The notes beneath the pieces are model-generated. The model saw only the letters and a program-made list of their open reading frames with translations, made no database searches and had not been told where the DNA came from. A DNA stretch of 63,619 nt, filler included, from Octopus bimaculoides (lineage: Eukaryota), in assembly GCF_001194135.2 (NCBI RefSeq). It is 10 parts of 7 records of this genome, joined end to end, with 100 filler letters (N's around TTAATTAATTAA, not from the genome) between each part and the next. Parts side by side here need not be neighbours in the genome. Positions count along the whole stretch, not along the records: positions 57,240 to 62,355 come from NC_068987.1; positions 62,456 to 63,619 come from NW_026420517.1; 8 more parts are not named here. One strand, given 5' to 3'. The position numbers and the translations under genes were made by a program. Positions 61,315 through 63,619 of this stretch are shown here, piece after piece (within the stretch, counting starts at the first letter, position 1; each line of letters begins with the position of its first letter).

Positions 61315-61521
61315 TGTTCCATGACTTTGGTCAGTTCCTTTAAATCTTGTATTTCATCATAAGTAGTTCTCTGATCAGGGTTGGCAAAATCTCCAAAGAA
61401 GAGGTTTCGAACATCACTGTCCTTCACTTTACCACTTTTTGAAAGATGACCAAGAACCTTGTCAATGTTTACCTTGAAGTTGTTTTGACATGAGTCTTTG
61501 ACAATGCTGAAAAACATTTCC
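61315..61521 (-). CDS. DNAH3: Internal coding exon of an axonemal inner-arm dynein heavy chain (region between AAA3 and the AAA4 P-loop), DNAH3-like
   Basis: Translates (R)EMFFSIVKDSCQNNFKVNIDKVLGHLSKSGKVKDSDVRNLFFGDFANPDQRTTYDEIQDLKELTKVME(H). This is collinear with my recollection of human DNAH3 FFNMVKETTSNCFKQTIEKVLIHLSPTGKIVDDNIRSLFFGDYFKPESDQKIYDEITDLKQLTVVMEH. Acceptor ctgtttttctctttacag|G (AG at 61523-61522) and donor CA|gtacgt (GT at 61314-61313); 207 nt, phase 2 at both ends. Paralog identity (vs DNAH7/DNAH12) needs BLAST. Confidence 0.88.
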
Positions 61522-62094
61522 CTGTAAAGAGAAAAACAGAGTTCATAAAAATTAAAATGGAACCAGCAGCACCGAAAAGTGGATATGGCATAAATTAGAG
61601 TTAGCAGTAGAGAAATAAAAATATTCCAATTGTGACAATCTCACATTCCATTCAGTATAACCTGGACTACATTATCAAATGTGTCATTTTTTAAAGACAA
61701 CATGGTATGATGTGAGGGAAATTTAGCTGCTATTTTCAAGAGGTTGAGAGTCCCATAAAGGTTCTCTCATTGGTAACATAGTGGATATTAATTAAAGTGG
61801 AGAATTGGCAGAAACTGTAGCATGCCAGGTAAAATACTTAGGGGCATTTTATCTGTCTTTACATTCTGAGTTAAAATTCCACCAAGGTTCATTTTGTCAG
61901 TGTTATTTTCACTTTTTGCGTAATTTAAGTGGTGCAGTACTATCTATTTTAAAAAAATGAATGACTTTTCTGGTAACTTTTCCACTTTAATGATTGGATG
62001 TTTACAAATTGTATTGTGATTGTTTTTTCTTGTTTTTTTTTTTGTTTTTTTTTGCTAGTGATCAGATGTTCTATACAGATATATATATGTATAT

Positions 62095-62345
62095 ATATAT
62101 ATATATGGGAGAATATACAAAAAATAACAACAGACGAGGACAGGTGGTGTAAATAACAAAAGTATATATTAGTATGACGCTCGGGAATACGGAAAGTCTT
62201 TGACGTTTCGAGCTACGCTCTTCAACAGAAAGAATACGGAGACAAGGAGAAAAAACACGGAGAAAAAAAATTGAATAGTGTTCAGTCAACGGTCAATCAT
62301 AATAATGGCCGATCATAACAATGACTGACCGGAAGTTAGAAATTC
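62095..62345 (-). mobile_element. Penelope-like terminal module with a minimal hammerhead-like fold (62197-62233)
   Basis: Reverse complement TCTTT-CTGTTGA-A-GAGC-GTA-GCTC-GAA-ACGT-C-AAAGA; (TA)n on the 3' side. Confidence 0.72.
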
Positions 62346-63119
62346 TTATTTCAGGNNNNNNNNNNNNNNNNNNNNNNNNNNNNNNNNNNNNNNNNNNNNT
62401 TAATTAATTAANNNNNNNNNNNNNNNNNNNNNNNNNNNNNNNNNNNNNNNNNNNNACACACACACACACACGTTATAATGTAATAACAGAGCAAATGAAG
62501 TGCATAACATACAGTGTAATGATTACGTGTAATAGCTAAGGTGGCCAGCTATCAGAATCGTTAGCACGCCAGAAAAAAATACTTAGCGGGATTTCGTTTG
62601 TTCTGGGCTTAAATTCCGCCGTACTGGGGTCGATGAAACACACGCGCGCCCGTACACGCACACACACACACATTCTTGTTTCAGTCACTTGTAGCTAGAG
62701 GTACGTTGCCCTTTATATTTTCAGGTAATATATGGCAAACGACGTCCTAGAAAGTACAAGCTAAATTATGACATTAGAAAGTACACTAGAAAGTACAAGT
62801 TAATTTATGACATTGTTTCAATTCTTGATTGAAGCTATCTGACTTCACTTATGCCAGCACCAGGGAAAAGTGTGAATATCAAAGATTCCAATACTTCTTT
62901 CTCTCAAAATATAAAATTGCCTGTGATAGTCAAAAGGAAAGTAAAATAATTCTTCATAAAGACATGGTAAATTTATAGACTATACAATACCTTTTGTTTG
63001 CATTAAGGACAGTTTTTCTTAGAACAATTCTACCACATCAGAAAATTAGAAAGCTTTCGCTTTCCTTTTAGTTTCGAAAAAAACGTAAGTGTAACAACAA
63101 CAACAACAATAATAATAAT

Positions 63120-63360
63120 AATCCTTTCTACTAAAGGCTCAAAACCTGAAATATTGGGAAGGATACTAGTAGATTACATCGACCCCAGTACTCAACTGGT
63201 ACTTAATTTAACGATCCTGAAAAGATGAAAGCAAAGTCGACCTCGGCGGAATTTGAACTCAGAACGTAAAGACAGACGAAAAATAGTCATAATCCTTTCT
63301 ACTAAGGCAGCGAGCTGGCAGAAATGTTAGCCCGCCGGGCGAAATGCTTAGAGGTATTTC
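63120..63360. mobile_element. SINE family A split into an inverted body (63120-63283, minus) and head (63304-63360, plus)
   Basis: The two parts are complementary halves meeting at ggtatttc/tttcgtctgtc; taatcctttctactaa is duplicated at 63119-63134 and 63290-63305. Confidence 0.75.
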
Positions 63361-63619
63361 CTCTCTGTGAGTTGTGCGAGCTTGTTTGTTTGGCTATATG
63401 GTGTATTTGTTTGTGCTGCGTTTGCAGCGGTTTTTGAGTTGTTGTGCCGTCTCTCGGTAGTACTGAGACATGACAGGTGGAAGACGAGTATATTCGGACC
63501 TAAGCGAAACTGAGTTGTCCTCTTCGGAGGAGGAACTGGTTAAAGCAGCAAAGATGTTGGATGCATGTCTGAAAGAGAAAAGTTTTGCAGAGGCAACCGA
63601 GATGAGAAGGAAGAAAATA
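63361..63619 (+). mobile_element. Possible 5' UTR and ORF1 start of an L1/Tx1-like LINE (open to window end)
   Basis: ATG at 63470 gives MTGGRRVYSDLSETELSSSEEELVKAAKMLDACLKEKSFAEATEMRRKKI with no stop, after a GT-rich leader. The assignment rests on recalled resemblance only. Confidence 0.35.

Overview
Eukaryotic, AT-rich draft-assembly DNA that is saturated with microsatellites and repeats. The repeat families suggest an octopus or related coleoid (inference). About a tenth is N, including nine artificial 100-bp joins (44N-TTAATTAATTAA-44N), so adjacency across them is unproven. One host coding exon is recognisable: a 207-nt minus-strand exon (61315-61521) of an inner-arm axonemal dynein heavy chain, best matching DNAH3. 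The rest is mostly transposon relics. These include about 11 fragments of restriction-like-endonuclease (R4/Dong-type) non-LTR elements, most of them next to (AAT)n tracts, and one HERO-like piece. There are also CR1/L2 and RTE fragments, two mariner relics, Penelope-like GIY-YIG fragments, short (TA)n-bounded modules carrying variant minimal hammerhead-ribozyme folds, two long foldback elements and at least five tRNA-derived SINE families. One SINE is a TSD-flanked chimera. Almost all ORFs in the supplied track are microsatellite or N-run artefacts. All family assignments come from manual translation and motif recall, not database searches.
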